Source: Felis catus (lineage: Eukaryota). Taken from it: DNA of 64,000 bases. The stretch is taken from NCBI RefSeq assembly GCF_018350175.1, contig NC_058368.1:132558001-132622000 (forward strand), given 5' to 3'. Made by a program: the position numbers and the translations under genes. Every line of letters begins with the position of its first letter. Position 1 is the stretch's first letter. Under the pieces are notes generated by a model. That model did not search any database and was not told where the DNA came from. It saw nothing but the letters and a program-made list of their open reading frames with translations. Below, piece by piece: positions 38,393-51,655 of this stretch.

Positions 38393-39337
38393 AGTTACTT
38401 GTGCCAAATACTAAAACATGGAGCAGGGTAAGGATACAGACACGATCACTGGCCTTGGCAAAATATAGACAACTGGTGACCTTGAACAGGGCTGTCAGCA
38501 CAGTGATAGAGACAAAGGCCTTATTGGAGTGAGTGGAGAGCAAATGAGACACGAGGGAGATGAGAGAGCAAACCCAGCCAGCCATGGGGACAATGCAGAA
38601 AAAGAGGAGCTGGGAAATGGCCTCGCGGAGTAAAATCTTGGTTCCAGTGGGTGATTTTCTAGGACCTTTCCACGCGCAGTCACTGCCGCTGTTAGAGACA
38701 ACCTTGTGTTGCAGAAGATAAAGGAGAGGACTCCAAGGGTAAAGTCCTGAAGAAGGTACAAAAGGATGAGACCTAAGGCATGAATGAAGTCTTAGATAAG
38801 AACCCTCCCATTTGAAAAGGAATAAAAGGCAGTCTGTGAGGATATAAATGCAAGTAGATTGGTTGATTCAGAAGTAGGAAGAGTTATTTTTCTCCTACAT
38901 GGATCTATTTTCTTAGTTAAGTGCAGGGCAATACCATCAGCTGAGAGCTGCTGATACCATACCATAGAGGGTATGGTAGAAATTTGAAGAGAGAAAAAGT
39001 GAGAAGCAGCCACTCAGCGTAGTAAGGTGAATTTAGAAGCAAGTATAGTAGCATTGTCTGCCAAGATATTGAGTGCTCATTTGAGATTTGTGGCCTTGAA
39101 CAGGAAGTGAGTCTACTGAGTAAGGTTGTATTATTTTCTCCAACAACCAACCATTCATCATACAACTGATCATCTCTATCCCAAGTCATAGAAATTGCAG
39201 TCATTTCCTCTCTCAATGTTATATTTATCCTCCTAATAGAGAATGCAATATTTAAGCAGGAAATTGAAAACCAAGCCATTAAGAACAGCATATTTGATAC
39301 TCCTTGGTACTACTTTGAACATTTTGCCAGAACTTAC

Positions 39338-39442
39338 CCCATTCTCCCATAGGCCTTGCTGTACTTTGAATCGATTGCTATTGCCTTCTCACAATCCTTT
39401 ATTGCATCTGTGTAGTGACCTAATTTACTCTGAGCAGCAGCC
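39338..39442 (-). CDS. SGTB: SGTB exon 6, TPR2 region ([34 protein letters not shown](G))
   Basis: tcttag acceptor, gtaagt donor; within ORF 39334..39588. Confidence 0.96.
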
Positions 39443-39613
39443 CTAAGAGAAAGAGAAGAGATATTTATTACAAGCAGCCTCAAGGCACTAATTGAGATTA
39501 GTACTAATAAAACTATATTTTCCTTGTCCCACTTTGCATATAACTTCCAGTAAATATCTAAATCAAACAAAGATAATTCTACAATCAAAAAGATAACTCA
39601 AAAACAAAATTCA

Positions 39614-39810
39614 GGGGCTCCTGGGTGGCTTAGTTGGTTAAGCGTCTGACTTCAGCTCAGGTCATGATCTTGTGGTTTGTGAGTTCAAGCCCCATATTGG
39701 GCTCTGTGCTAACAGCTCAGAGCCTGAAGCCGGCTTAGGATTCTGTGTCTCCATCTCTCTGCCTCTCTGTCTCTCTCTCAAAAATAAACATTAAAAAAAT
39801 TAAAAAATAA
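39614..39810 (+). mobile_element. CanSINE
   Basis: Head, CT tract, A tail. Confidence 0.87.
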
Positions 39811-40132
39811 TTCAGAGAAAATATGCAGGCCACCTTTCACTGTGTGCTTTCCTACAGAAAAGACAAATAAGTGAGTCATACAACTGATCTACCTACTTAT
39901 TGCCTTTCGAATTTGCCCAAACAGAAAACTGAAAACACCAGGAATTACTAGAGGAGAATGCAGAGTGAGAGACAGTGGCAAATGGCTACCCAGGGGTATG
40001 CTGTTAAATGATCACTTTACTAGTAGGGTTAAGATCATCATCTGGCAAGTCTAAGATGAAAATCTAACTTACCCGTGTGCCAGAATCTGGCTGCAAACAA
40101 AGTATGGCAATGCATTCCACCCACTGAGCACA

Positions 40133-40325
40133 GAATCTCGGAGCAATTAAGCACTATTGAATCCCTTCTAGGTTACCTCTAACAAATCTCTCCTGGAATC
40201 TCGGAGCAATTAAGCACTATTGAATCCCTTCTAGGTTACCTCTAACAAATCTCTCCTGGAATCTCGGAGCAATTAAGCACTATTGAATCCCTTCTAGGTT
40301 ACCTCTAACAAATCTCTCCTGGAAT
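40133..40325. repeat. Perfect tandem repeat, 63 bp x 3
   Basis: Unit gaatctcggagc...ctctcctg starts at 40133, 40196 and 40259, plus a trailing gaat. Confidence 0.97.
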
Positions 40326-40670
40326 AACTGGAGCCTGACAGTATAATCAAGCTACTTCCTCTTCCTGCACACAATCTTGAGAGTAGACAGCCCTCTGTTT
40401 CCCTGTTATAGTGCCCACTTCAACCCTCAAGGCCATAAGCAGAATGACTAAATAAGCAGAATGACTGTTCTACATGCGAGCCCTTCAAACTAAAACATTC
40501 CATAACGTCTCCTGCCCTCCATCCCACTACTGCCCCATTCATTCTTCTATTTATTCCAGAATAAATAGTTCTTATTTATTCATTCAACTCATATATCTAT
40601 CAAGGTCTAGCTAATGCACAGACACTTTTCGAGGCCTAATGGATAGAGCACTAATCAAAATAACAATTCT

Positions 40671-40807
40671 GGGGGCGCCTGGGTGGCTCAGTTGGTTAAG
40701 AACCGACTCTTGGTTTCAGCTTAGATCGTGATCTCACAGTTCATGAGATCGAGCCCCACATCAATCAGGCTCTGTGCTGAGAGTGGAGCCTGCTTGGGAT
40801 TCTTTCA

Positions 40808-40842
<35 letters not shown>

Positions 40843-41105
40843 AAATAAAAAAATAAATAAAAATAGGGGTGCCTGGGTGGCTCTGTCGGTTGAGTGTCCA
40901 GCTTTGGCTCAGGTCATGATCTCACAGTTCCTGGGTTCAAGGCCGATATCGGGCTCTGTGCTGACAGCTCAGAGCCTGGAACCTGCTTCAGATTCTGTGT
41001 CTCCCTCTCTCTCTGTCCCTCCCCAACTCACACTCTGTCTCTCTCTCAAAAACAAATGAACATTAAAAAAAATTTTAAGTAAACAAACAAATAAATAACT
41101 AAAAA
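40671..41105 (+). mobile_element. Two tandem CanSINEs (40671-40865, 40866-41105)
   Basis: Second head begins in the tail of the first. Confidence 0.87.
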
Positions 41106-41442
41106 TAAGATTCCTGGCCTCAACAGTGCTTAGGTTCCTGTGGTGTGAGTGACTGGTGGCTGGCAGGCTATAAAGGAAATGTGGTGGTGAGTCCAATTTT
41201 CTGTCAATTTTTCTTCATATAGCATGACTGAGACCCTTTCTTTTCAAATTAGGTTATAAACTTAAAAAAAATAAACATATAGCCTCCTTTCTTTTAGTGA
41301 AAAAAAAATTTAAGTGTGAAAGTATAGAATTCAACAAACCTGATTTGGTAGTTCATATGAAAAAGAGATATGGGTTTAGCGACTCAACATTCAACACACA
41401 CTAACAAGCATGACAAAGATGGCCACTAAAAATGACCATTAA

Positions 41443-41628
41443 GGGGCACCTGGGTGGCTCAGTCAGTTGAGCATCCAACTTAAGCTCAGGTCACAATCTC
41501 ATGGTTTGTGAGTTCAAGCCCCACATCAGGCTCGCTCCTGTCAGCATGAAGTCTGCTTTGAATCCTCTGGCTCCTTCTCCCTGCCCCTCCCCTGCTTGCA
41601 TTCTCTCAAAAATAAATATTTTTTTTAA
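41443..41628 (+). mobile_element. CanSINE
   Basis: TSD aaatgaccattaa. Confidence 0.87.
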
Positions 41629-41782
41629 ATGACCATTAAAATAAGAGATATAGAATATATCACTTCCAAACAATTAGAAAAAATGAAGTAAAAATAAATC
41701 ATTACAATAAAAGGCAAAAAAGAAAAAAAAGAAGGGGAGAGAGAAGCCAGAACATATCATAGCATAAAAACAACTCAAACTT

Positions 41783-42003
41783 GGGGCGCCTGGGTGGCTC
41801 AATCTGTTAAGCGGCGGACTTCGGCTCAGGTCATGATCTCGCGGTCCATGAGTTCAAGCCCCGCGTCGGGCTCTGTGCTGACAGCTCAGAGCCTGGAGCC
41901 TGTTTCAGATTCTGTGTCTCCCTCTCTCTGACCCTCCCCTGTTCATGCTCTGTCTCTCCCTGTCTCAAAAATAAATAAAACGTTAAAAAAATTAAAAAAA
42001 AAA
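41783..42003 (+). mobile_element. CanSINE (fairly young)
   Basis: TSD aaaaacaactcaaactt. Confidence 0.9.
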
Positions 42004-42019
42004 AAACAACTCAAACTTA

Positions 42020-43587
42020 AAAGCAATTACAAAGTAAACTAGATAAAAATCAGTTTCTCAAACTGTATACATATCAACTAAAACATAATCACATACATAT
42101 TAAAGGGACAGAAAAAGGCAATTGGGCCAACTGAAAACCAAGCAAAAAAAAAGCTGATGTAGAAACCCTAATATCAGAAATGAAACAAAAAGTATTATTA
42201 AGGATAAAGAGAGTCATTATTACTGATGAATCCTGTTAGTTTAATTTTATGGAAAACATTAATATGGCTCAGAAATCAAACTCGTAAGAAAAGTTTCACT
42301 CTCACAGAGGATGGGTGGCGTGGGGTAGTTAGAATAAAAATGGGAATGAGACTTCAAAAAGGGTGAAAAAGCAAACCTTCAAATGGAGTAAAACAGAAAC
42401 AAATGATGCTGTGTATCAACAAGAGTTCAAGTGAATTTCAAGTACAGTATTCTGAGTATATATTTTTAATGAGGTGGATTCTAAGGAGAAAAAATTTTGC
42501 AAAGAAACTGAAGTTTACTTAGTAGGCTTACTAGTGGTAGAATATTGATATCAGACTATCAACTGAAGAATATTGAAGGGTAGAGCTAATGAGTAAATAT
42601 ACTGGTGGTATTAGAAAGCAGCATTTTTCATTCTGGAAGAACAGAAATCCATATAAAAGGGGAACGGTAAGAGAGATTTCTGTGAAGATATCTGTATAAA
42701 CCAATGCCTTTTAAAAAATTCTAATTCCTAGATCTGTTTACTGAAGAAGCACTAACACTTCTTCAGTAGCAATGATCATGTCTTGCAACCAGATCCTGGT
42801 TTCTGAATTCTATTCTCCACTAATAAGAACAGGAGCTACCTGTAGAAACAGCTGGGCTCAGGTCCAGGGCAGAGAAAACACAAGGCAATGTGGAATACCT
42901 TGATGTCTCAGAAAGTAAGAAAGTATCCAAAAACAAAGTTCTATAGAAGGACACATAGCAAGTTTAAAGGGGCTCCCACCAGCTAAATATGGAATAATAG
43001 AAGTGCCAAAAATAATGATTATGGTCATTTATTATAACATATTACATAGGGTTTTAAAAATTCATGAGTCCATAATGATACTCAAAAAAGTTGGGGGAGG
43101 GAGAAGGAGAAGGAAAGAAAAAATGAGGGAATGGAAAGAAGCTCTTCTCTACAGAAATACGTGAGGAAATATATGTAAATGAAATGACAAAATCAGAAAA
43201 TCATCATTTTGTAGCAATCAGCATTTTACTAAGTCAAGGAAATATCATGAATGGATGGTAAAACATTGAGTAAAAGATTATTGGGGAATGGATATTCACA
43301 TGATCTGACCCTACAGATAATTTTTAATTAGAAAAGGAATAATAAGAGAGATACGGTGGTTACCACCCTAAGATATCAAACTTACAATCACCATTAATGG
43401 ATAGCTTGACATTATGTGCCTCCTACCATAGTGCAATAAATGGTACACTTTTATTTATGTTATTATTTTTGTAGGCTTCACACCAAACTTTAACCTCAAA
43501 TTAATCATGAGGAAGCAGTCACACAAATCAAGAATATGGCACATTCTATAAAATCACTCGCCTGAACTCTTTAAATATGTCTGTCAT

Positions 43588-43628
<41 letters not shown>

Positions 43629-43870
43629 AGTAATATTTTCTAGATTAAAGCAGATGAAAGTAACATAGCAAAATGCAATACACAAACAGTGATTGGATTC
43701 TGGATGAAAAGACATAGCTACAGAAGGTATTTTGGGGACAAATGGGAGAAATTTCAATATTAATGCCATTTTCTTGCATGTGATGGGAATGATAGTTATG
43801 AAGAGTATATCCTTATTCTTAAGAGATATAATTGAAGTATTTGGGACCACCAAGAAAATTTTATACACAG

Positions 43871-43911
<41 letters not shown>

Positions 43912-44020
43912 CATAAAAAGACAGAAAGAGAGACAAAAAAAAACATGGCAAATGTTAGCTATCTCTGATTCTAAGGTAAGTATATATGGATGTTCATGTA
44001 TTACTCTTTCAATAAGTTGA
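42020..44020 (+). mobile_element. Ancient L1M 3' region fragments
   Basis: A-rich, with ttattaaggataaagagagtcattat, ttggattctggatgaaaa, ttcatgtattactctttcaa motifs. Confidence 0.45.
43873..43908. repeat. (AC)n microsatellite
   Basis: Uninterrupted acacac run. Confidence 0.95.
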
Positions 44021-44439
44021 AATAGGTTTTAAATAGCTTTAAATTTATTTTCCTAAATACACATACATTCCATAATAAACTTATGAAATTATAGATAATA
44101 TATAATTTATGATTATATATATTAAAACATGCTGACAGATGACTGCTTCATGATCAGCAGTCTTCAAGTAAAGGCAATTCTACCTTCTAAAATTCACTTT
44201 ATCAATTCAACTCAAACTTTCATTGAAAACTATAATATGCTAAACCCTGAACCAAACCAAATACACAGTGATGAAGAGGATATAATTCTGCCCTCCAATC
44301 TTTCACTGCCTTAATAGGGAATAAGACATGTAAATAAATAAGTAAATGGTATGATAATTTCAGCAATGGAATCAAAGGAGGTATCGACAAAGTATCAGAG
44401 GAAGAGGCAACATGAGAAAAGTCTGGTTAACCTTCTGCA

Positions 44440-44642
44440 GAGGTGTCTAATAGAACTTTCTGTGATAAAGAAGTTCTTCATCGGTGCTATCCTATACAGT
44501 AGTCCCTTCCCACATGTAACTAAAGAGCACTTGAAATATGGTAGTGCAAGTGAGGAACTGAATTTTTTATTTTGTTAAGTTGAACCTACATCTGAGCAGC
44601 CACATGTGGCTAGGAGCTACGTTACTGATTAACACCACTCCA
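44440..44642. mobile_element. MER3-like hAT-Charlie fossil
   Basis: tctaatagaactttctgtgat...gagcacttgaaatatgg...agccacatgtggctag. Confidence 0.65.
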
Positions 44643-44717
44643 TAGGACATGGTTGGGGAAGGGCAGAAGGGCATGGACAGGAGGCTGGAAAGAGAAGAAA
44701 TTTAAAAAGTCTTTCCA

Positions 44718-44848
44718 GGGGTGCTCAGGTGGTTTCATCGGTAGAACATCTGACTGTTGATCTCAGGGTTCTGAGATCAAGCTCCACATTGGACATGGAG
44801 GCTACTTTTAAAAAAATGAATAAAAAATAAATGTAAAAAAAATGTTTT
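44718..44848 (+). mobile_element. Short CanSINE
   Basis: TSD aaagtctttcc. Confidence 0.78.
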
Positions 44849-45734
44849 AAAGTCTTTCCCAGGAAACATTCTAGGCAGAGCACATAAAACCACGGAGAGA
44901 TGTTGCAACATGTTACTCATAAGAAGTCAGCAAAAGCAAGAATTAATGATTAATGTCACATTTTAGAAAGACTCTTTTGGCAGAAGAATGGATTGTGGAG
45001 GGCAAGTAGAAACGTGAAGCCAAATGAAGCTACTACAGCACTAATTTAACAGATTTAAGAACCTAAGGGAATAGTGATGGAAATGGAGGAGGGAACAAAT
45101 GGGCTACTGGGAGGTATATGGAAAAGGGAAACTGAGGAGAAGACACCCTGATCTCTGGTTTCAGATGCTGATAACAAGACAAGGAATAAAGCAAGGAGAA
45201 TCACACCGAGAAAGAAGAGTGGGCAGAACATTAAGAGGGTGACCTGACACCTCTTTCAATCTTGACAGCTTTTGCTTTAGAACACAAACTGCAAGCTAGC
45301 ATCTTTCAAAAGAGGATGCAGGCACCTGAACCTCTGAGGCCAGGAAAGGGAAGAGAAGTCAGGCTGCATTCCACTCCAATCTTCTGTGAGATAAAGCCAA
45401 ACATGCCAATGTCTGAACTGAATATCAGTGTGGCCGGCTCTCACTGCCCCAGCTGTCTGGTTATCAGGGCATAACTAATGAAATTCCAACAGAAGAATAC
45501 AGTCAGAGTCACCACGTTTGGAGACACCCTCGCTTTCTTTACCTTGTTAGAGAAAGACCATGAATACAATCTGTGTTCTATTTTTAGAGAAAATAAGGCA
45601 GAAAAATAAATCACAGATGCCTTACATCTCCCATACCATACGTCATGCATAAATAAGTTATAGCAAAAACCTCTTTCTACAGCTAGGAATGACACTGTTT
45701 TTGAAAGAAACAAATACTGAAAGCCTAGAGCTAT

Positions 45735-45915
45735 GCTAGTTCCTTTACATACATTATTACTCTTCAGCTACCCTATGATGTGGTTAGTATCACCTCTATT
45801 TTACAAGTGAGGAAACTGAAGCTCAAAAAGCTTAAGTGGCTGCCCAAGATCACAGAGCTACTAAGTGGCTGACCTGAGATTCAATTCCAAGTTCAACAAA
45901 CCAAGTCCAACTCCC
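45735..45915. mobile_element. MIR
   Basis: attttacaagtgaggaaactgaagctcaaaaagcttaagtggctgcccaagatcacagagcta core. Confidence 0.7.
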
Positions 45916-46836
45916 AGGGAGCCTAATGACTACATGCTGCTTATGGAGGTGGAATAAAACAGAGTGCCAAACAACGTGGTCTCCGTTTCAAGCTTTCTCG
46001 GAGCTCATGCTGTCTCTAGCATTCCTTGGTACCATGCCCTGATGATTCCTAATTGTGCCTTTTAAATTATGCTCTCCAACCTAAGACCCTTTCCCTGTCC
46101 TCTAATTTCTTTACGTCCATCAAATCTAGCTCCAACTCAAATTCCCCATCACCTGAGAGGTCTTCTGGACAAATTTTCTCCATCACGCGTGATCTCTCTC
46201 CTGTACATCTTTAATTCCATTTATTGCCTCAGTCATTCAACCATCCCTCCATCCCAGAAGCATGAGACAAATATGGGTCAAATCAGCAATGAGGTTGTAC
46301 AAAAGAAATAAAGAATACTGTTTAGGGACAGAAGACCCAGAAAACTGGCTTGTTTAATGTAAAATATCATTTCATATTATAAAGTACTTGGAAATGTTTT
46401 AGACCTATACTCAATCATTTGTTGTTTTCTGTATACAAGTGTACAGTCCTCTATGTATAGTCCTCCATGCAAGCAAAAAAAAAAAAATTGGCTGAACTCC
46501 TGTGAGGCACAATGCTAGGTACTATAGGGGATACAAAAAAAAAAAAAAAAAAAAAGATCCAATCTCTGCCCTTCACCTGAAGAAAAAAGTATGTATATAA
46601 CTGTAAGGTAAAACGTATGATAAACTGATACGTTACATATCACGGTCAATTCTAGGAGTATACAAAAAAGGCAAAAATAAATAATAGGTATTCAAGGGAA
46701 GACTCAGGTTTTCCTGGTACCCAACCTGAGCCTAAAGCATCATTAGCCTTTAAGATAAATATTAGAAAAGCAAGACTCAAGATTAAGAAATATGCCAACT
46801 GATTGTTTTTTAACAAATAAAAAAAAATCACTTCTA

Positions 46837-47071
46837 GGGGTGCCTCGGTGGCTCAGGAGGTTAGGCGTCTGACTTCAGCTTAGGTCATGATCTCACAGTT
46901 CATGAGTTCAAGCCCCGTGTCAGGCTGTGTTGACAGCTTAGAGACTGGAGCCTGCATCAGATTCTGTGTCTCCCTCTCTCTCCCTCTCTGCCCGGTCCCA
47001 CTTGTGCTTTGTCTCTGTCTCTCTCTCTCAAAAATAAACAAACATTAAAAAAAGTTAAAAAAAAAAAAAAA
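46837..47071 (+). mobile_element. CanSINE
   Basis: Head, CT tract, A tail. Confidence 0.87.
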
Positions 47072-47822
47072 CCACTATGGTCTAAAAAATTTTTAAACCT
47101 TTTCTCAATATTTGTATTAAATATACAAATAAAGTTTTCTAGTTATTTAATATTAAATTCCATGCTCTATTACTGAACTCCTCAGGAAAATAGATACCAT
47201 TTAAATGAAAAAGATAAGCTTGATTATTGATTTCAATTTAACCATAATTAAATGAAAAGCAAGCACAGGTATTATCAATAATCTCTTCAAATCCAGTACT
47301 AGCAAACATAAAATTATTAATGAACCCAATCTCATTTGAAATAAGTGATTTATTTAGGATCCAATTTACTATATTCATAGTCAAAAGTGTATGGCTTACT
47401 GTGTTCTGTAAACAAGCAATTTTCTGATAACATCTATAGCTGGTCATAACATTTAGTGACACTTCATTAAATACTTTTGTTTCAAATATTTAATATGCTA
47501 AAACATATATTTACCTGATGACAGGAATAAAAAACATAAAACCATAGCTTGAGGAATTCATTTTCTACAAATTTTTCAGATTTTTTATTTTTTTGGGCTA
47601 GATTATTAAAACATTAATAAAGGGATTTTTTTGGTAAAGATAATATAGTTGGATTTCTAGTATGTACAACTAAATTTGTTATGGATCCAACAGCTATAAA
47701 TTTTGTACAAAACAAAAAGCTAAAAGCAGCCCAGATGACCATAAACAGGAAAACAGCTTAGCAAATTGTGGTTCACTCAAACAATAGAGTACTACTGAGT
47801 AATTCAAAATAAGAACCATTGA

Positions 47823-48023
47823 GGGGCACCTGGGTGGCTCAGTCGGTTGAATGTCTGACTTCAGCTCAGGACATAATCTCACAGTTCATGAGTTCAAGCT
47901 CCACATCAGACTCGCTTCAGATCCTCTGTCAGCCCCTCTCTCTCTGCCCCTCCCCAACTTGTACATGTTCTTTCTCTCTTTTTCTCTCTCTCAAAAATAA
48001 ATAAACATTAAAAAAAAAAAAAA
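47823..48023 (+). mobile_element. CanSINE with internal deletion
   Basis: TSD aagaacca. Confidence 0.85.
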
Positions 48024-48879
48024 AGAACCACTAAGAGAAGCAAGAACATGGTGAAGCTTGAAACCATTAATGAATAAAAACAGTCTCACCCAAAAAAGTA
48101 CATGTGGTATGATTCCTTTTATGTGGAATTCTAAAAGAAACAAATCTTACCTCTAGTGGAAAAAAAGAAAACAATGGTTGCCTCTGATGTTTTAGGCAAA
48201 TGACTCTGAAGGAGCATAAAGAATTTTCAGTATCTTGGTAGGGGGTTTTGTGTTGTACAACTATATGTATTTGTCTCTTAATTCTATCATTCTATTAATG
48301 ATATTGCATGATAAAGTATTTAGGAGGAAAATGTACTAATGGCTGCAATTTACCTTGAAATTCACCAAAAGTAACATGGACTAATAAACAGAGGGAGCAC
48401 AAATAGCTGAATAAAAATGTGATTGAGCAAATATACTAAAATATTAAAGGCAATATCTTGATATGGATGGATATAAGAGTACTTACTGCAAACTTCTTTC
48501 AACTTCCAAGTATTTCATAAAAATGTAAGAAACCCCCCAAAAAGAAGATAAATGACACTAGATTAATTCAAAACAACACCTATCAGACTAACATCATTTC
48601 CTTTTCATTTTAACAGGCTTACTACCAGACTCTATTAAATCAGAGAAAGACAATTGACAACATATTTGGACTCCCAATAAATTTGGATCTCTCTTCATAT
48701 TCTGATCAAAACAAAAAAACCCAGTGTGCATAAATAATAATATTGAATAATAACATTATAATATAGAATTAATTATATAGTAGATATTTAATATAATATA
48801 TAACTAATATTTATATTATTATGAGTAGACAATATTATTATGCAATAATAACACTGTTGTGTACAACACTCTTTACTAG

Positions 48880-49090
48880 AAAGCTTCCTAGCACTTTATA
48901 GGTATTAACTATTTGATCTCTACAACAATCCTATGAGGTAAATACTATTAGCCAAATTTTACTAATGGGGAAACTAAAGTATACCTGTGTTAGGTAATCT
49001 GCTCAAGGTCACACACCTAGTAAGTGCCAGAGCCAGAAATTAGAATCCAAAGAGTCTGGGTCAGAACCCCCGCTCTTAACCACTTCCCTA
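48880..49090. mobile_element. MIR
   Basis: acaatcctatgaggtaaatactatt...gctcaaggtcacacacctagtaagtgccagagcc. Confidence 0.7.
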
Positions 49091-49882
49091 TGATTGTTCC
49101 CTTAGTTGACTTCATAACTGACAGAATATAACATGTGGCGTTCTTAAGTTTGTGAATGACATGAAACTTGGAGCAAAAAGTAAACACATTACTTTACAAA
49201 TTACCCGAAAAGATTAAGGGTCATACACATGAGAGACTTTAACAAGATAAAATTCTACAGGGATAAAATAGAAGATCCTGAATTTTGGAAGAGACACAAC
49301 TAAACCTCCAGGGACAGCACTGGTACACAGCAGGTGTTTGGCAAGAACCTGTCAAATGAAAATATGACTGAATGACAGAATAAAGAGAATGTGTGAAAAA
49401 GAGACACTTTAATAAACCAAAACCAAAATATTAATTCAATAAATAATGCTATAAAACGCTAACATATATAATTATGCTATCTAGAAGTAGGTTAAATGAG
49501 AGCCCTAGAAGTCTACTGTGGTCAGACCAATTCCGGAAATGCTGTATGAATTTCTGGGAACTACAGAGTAACAGATACAAGTAAACTGGAACAAGTTTAG
49601 AGCAAAAGTGCAGAACTTTAAGCTATATTATCTAAGGTGTGATTGAAAAAACTGCAAATATACAATGTGGACAAAGGAACTCAAATGAACATGGTAGCAA
49701 TCTTCAAAATGTAAGGTACTATTATGAAAAAGAAGGATCATAATTATTCTGTAACTGCCCTTAAGAATAAAAATTAAAACTGCCAACTGAGATTAGCTAC
49801 AAGGCCTTCAGGAAAACAAGTTCAGTGTCAACATAAGGAAGACTATTCCAACAGACAGAACCACGAAAGAAAATGCAGAGGA

Positions 49883-50096
49883 GGGGCGCCTGGGTGGCTC
49901 GGTCAGGTCATGATCTCGCAGTTTGTGGGCTCCAGCCCCGCATAGGGCTCTGTGTTAACAGCTCAGAGCCTGCAGCCTGCTTCAGACTCTGTCTCCCTCT
50001 CTCTCTGCCCCTCCCCCACTCACTTGTATGCTCTCTCTCTCTCTCTCAAAAATAAATAAACATCAAAAAAAAATGTTTTTTCTTAATAAAAAAAAA
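49883..50096 (+). mobile_element. CanSINE
   Basis: TSD aaaatgcag. Confidence 0.85.
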
Positions 50097-50380
50097 TGCA
50101 GGGGAGAAGGGGTCATCTCAGAAGGGTATGAATACCCTAAATAGCACAAGGATAACTCAATGAAAGATTAGACCAAATTAAAGATCTCTTCCAAATCTAA
50201 GAATTTACTATGTAACAAAAGGTAATTTTTATAGATTTCAGCCCTAAAAGGTTTCAAATTGGTTAAAATAGATACCATTCACCAAAGCAGACTTGCAATG
50301 ATAAAATTTAAATGTGAAGGAAAGAGAAGTTATTTGTCAGGTCTGCAAATGGGGAAGGCTTTAAGACTAAAAACACTGGA

Positions 50381-50573
50381 CACTCTCAAACAGGGTTGCT
50401 TGTTGGGGTGGTGGATGGGAGGATGAGCTAAATGGGTGATGGACATTAAGGAGGGCCCTTCTTGGGTTGAGCGCTGGGTATTGTATGTAAGTGATGAATC
50501 ACTGGGTTCTACTCCTGAAACCAATACTACACTGTATGTTAACTAACTTGAGTTTAAATAAACAAATAAGACT
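50381..50573 (+). mobile_element. Carnivore L1 3' terminus with a SINE inserted in its tail
   Basis: gggtgatggacattaaggagggc...gatgaatcactgggttctactcctgaaacc motif; flanking aagact(t)aaaaacactgga repeats. Confidence 0.8.
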
Positions 50574-50766
50574 GGGGCGCCTGGGTGGCTCAGTGGGTTA
50601 AGTGTCCGACTTCGGCTCAGGTCATGATCTTGTGGTCTGTGAGTTCGAGGCCCGCATCGGGCTCTGTGCTGACAGCTCAGAGCCTGGAACCTGTTTCAGA
50701 TTCTGTGTCTCCCTCTCTCTCTGACTCTCCCCCGTTCATGCTCTGTCTCTCTCTGTCTCAAAAATA

Positions 50767-50800
<34 letters not shown>
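50574..50800 (+). mobile_element. CanSINE with (AAAT)n tail, nested in an L1 tail
   Basis: TSD aaataagact. Confidence 0.88.
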
Positions 50801-50801
<1 letters not shown>

Positions 50802-50974
50802 GACTTAAAAACACTGGAATAAAATTCCAAAGAAAGAAAAAAAAAAAAAAAAAACAAGGAAAGACAACCTTGTCTACACAAATATTTAAAACCTTTACAT
50901 ATGAAAAACATTAAAAGGCAAATAGTAAGCTATGCAATTAGGACAAATGGATTATATGTTTAATATACAGCTAT

Positions 50975-51182
50975 GCTGTACAGGAGAGTAGACATAAGCT
51001 ACATGTGGCTACTGAAATTTAAATTAATTTAAATTGATTTTCAATCAATTAAACAATAAAAATTTACTTTCTCATTTGCACTAGACATGTCAAGTGGTCA
51101 AAAGCCACTCTGGCTAGTGGCGACTATAATGAACAAAGCAGATACAGAACATTTCCATCACTGCAAAAAGTACTACTGGAAC
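50975..51182. mobile_element. MER3/MER33-like hAT-Charlie fossil
   Basis: ctacatgtggctactg...agaacatttccatcactgcaaaaagtactactgga. Confidence 0.6.
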
Positions 51183-51204
51183 TTTAATATTTAAGATAGA
51201 TTAT

Positions 51205-51655
51205 TTTAGTTCAGGGAATTCATTACACAGTTGATGCAAGAGCTAAGATGCCAGGCAGGGGCATCTTGTTGTGTAGCAATCCAGAGATGAGGAACAGCAG
51301 GAGCCATTACCATCCCTAAGATAGAGGACAGAGTGCAGAGTCCAAAAGCCAACATCGCCTGGCAAAAGCTGTGACCATAGCAGGTGTCTTGGGTGGGAGC
51401 TGGAGACAAGGATGAGAAGCAGCCCCTGCTGGATAAATACCCTGATGTAAAAAGAGGGGAAGAAACACCCCGCCTTCTCCCCTCCTCTGCCCTCCAATCT
51501 CCTGCCAGCACCTCCTGTGACTGAACCCAGACAAAACTCAGGTGACAAAGGGCCCTGGGAAATGTAGCCTATAAGGGTCGGACCCTTTGTTTAAAAAGGG
51601 CAGAACAGGGAAAGAAAGAAGTATGAGGTCAAACAAGCTAAGGCCGGGCACAGGT
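51205..51655. mobile_element. Old ERVL-class LTR remnant (LTR33-like)
   Basis: GC-elevated block with atccagagatgaggaacagcaggagccattaccatcc and aagggccctgggaaatgtagcc motifs; subfamily uncertain. Confidence 0.4.

Larger units (their letters stand above)
36530..39110 (-). mobile_element. Degraded L2 element interrupted by MER82 and a SINE
   Basis: caataagtatttattga L2 terminus and purine-rich body (gacctgagcactgga, atttactgagatgggaag, ggtgaccttgaacagggc). Confidence 0.6.

Noticed and set aside
40133..40325. Possible CRISPR-like array
   Set aside because: Units are directly adjacent with no unique spacers, and the context is mammalian; it is a simple tandem repeat
40435..40466. Short duplication ataagcagaatgact x2 (and an imperfect ~19-bp triplication near 11889-11945)
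   Set aside because: Ordinary slippage-scale duplications with no sign of function
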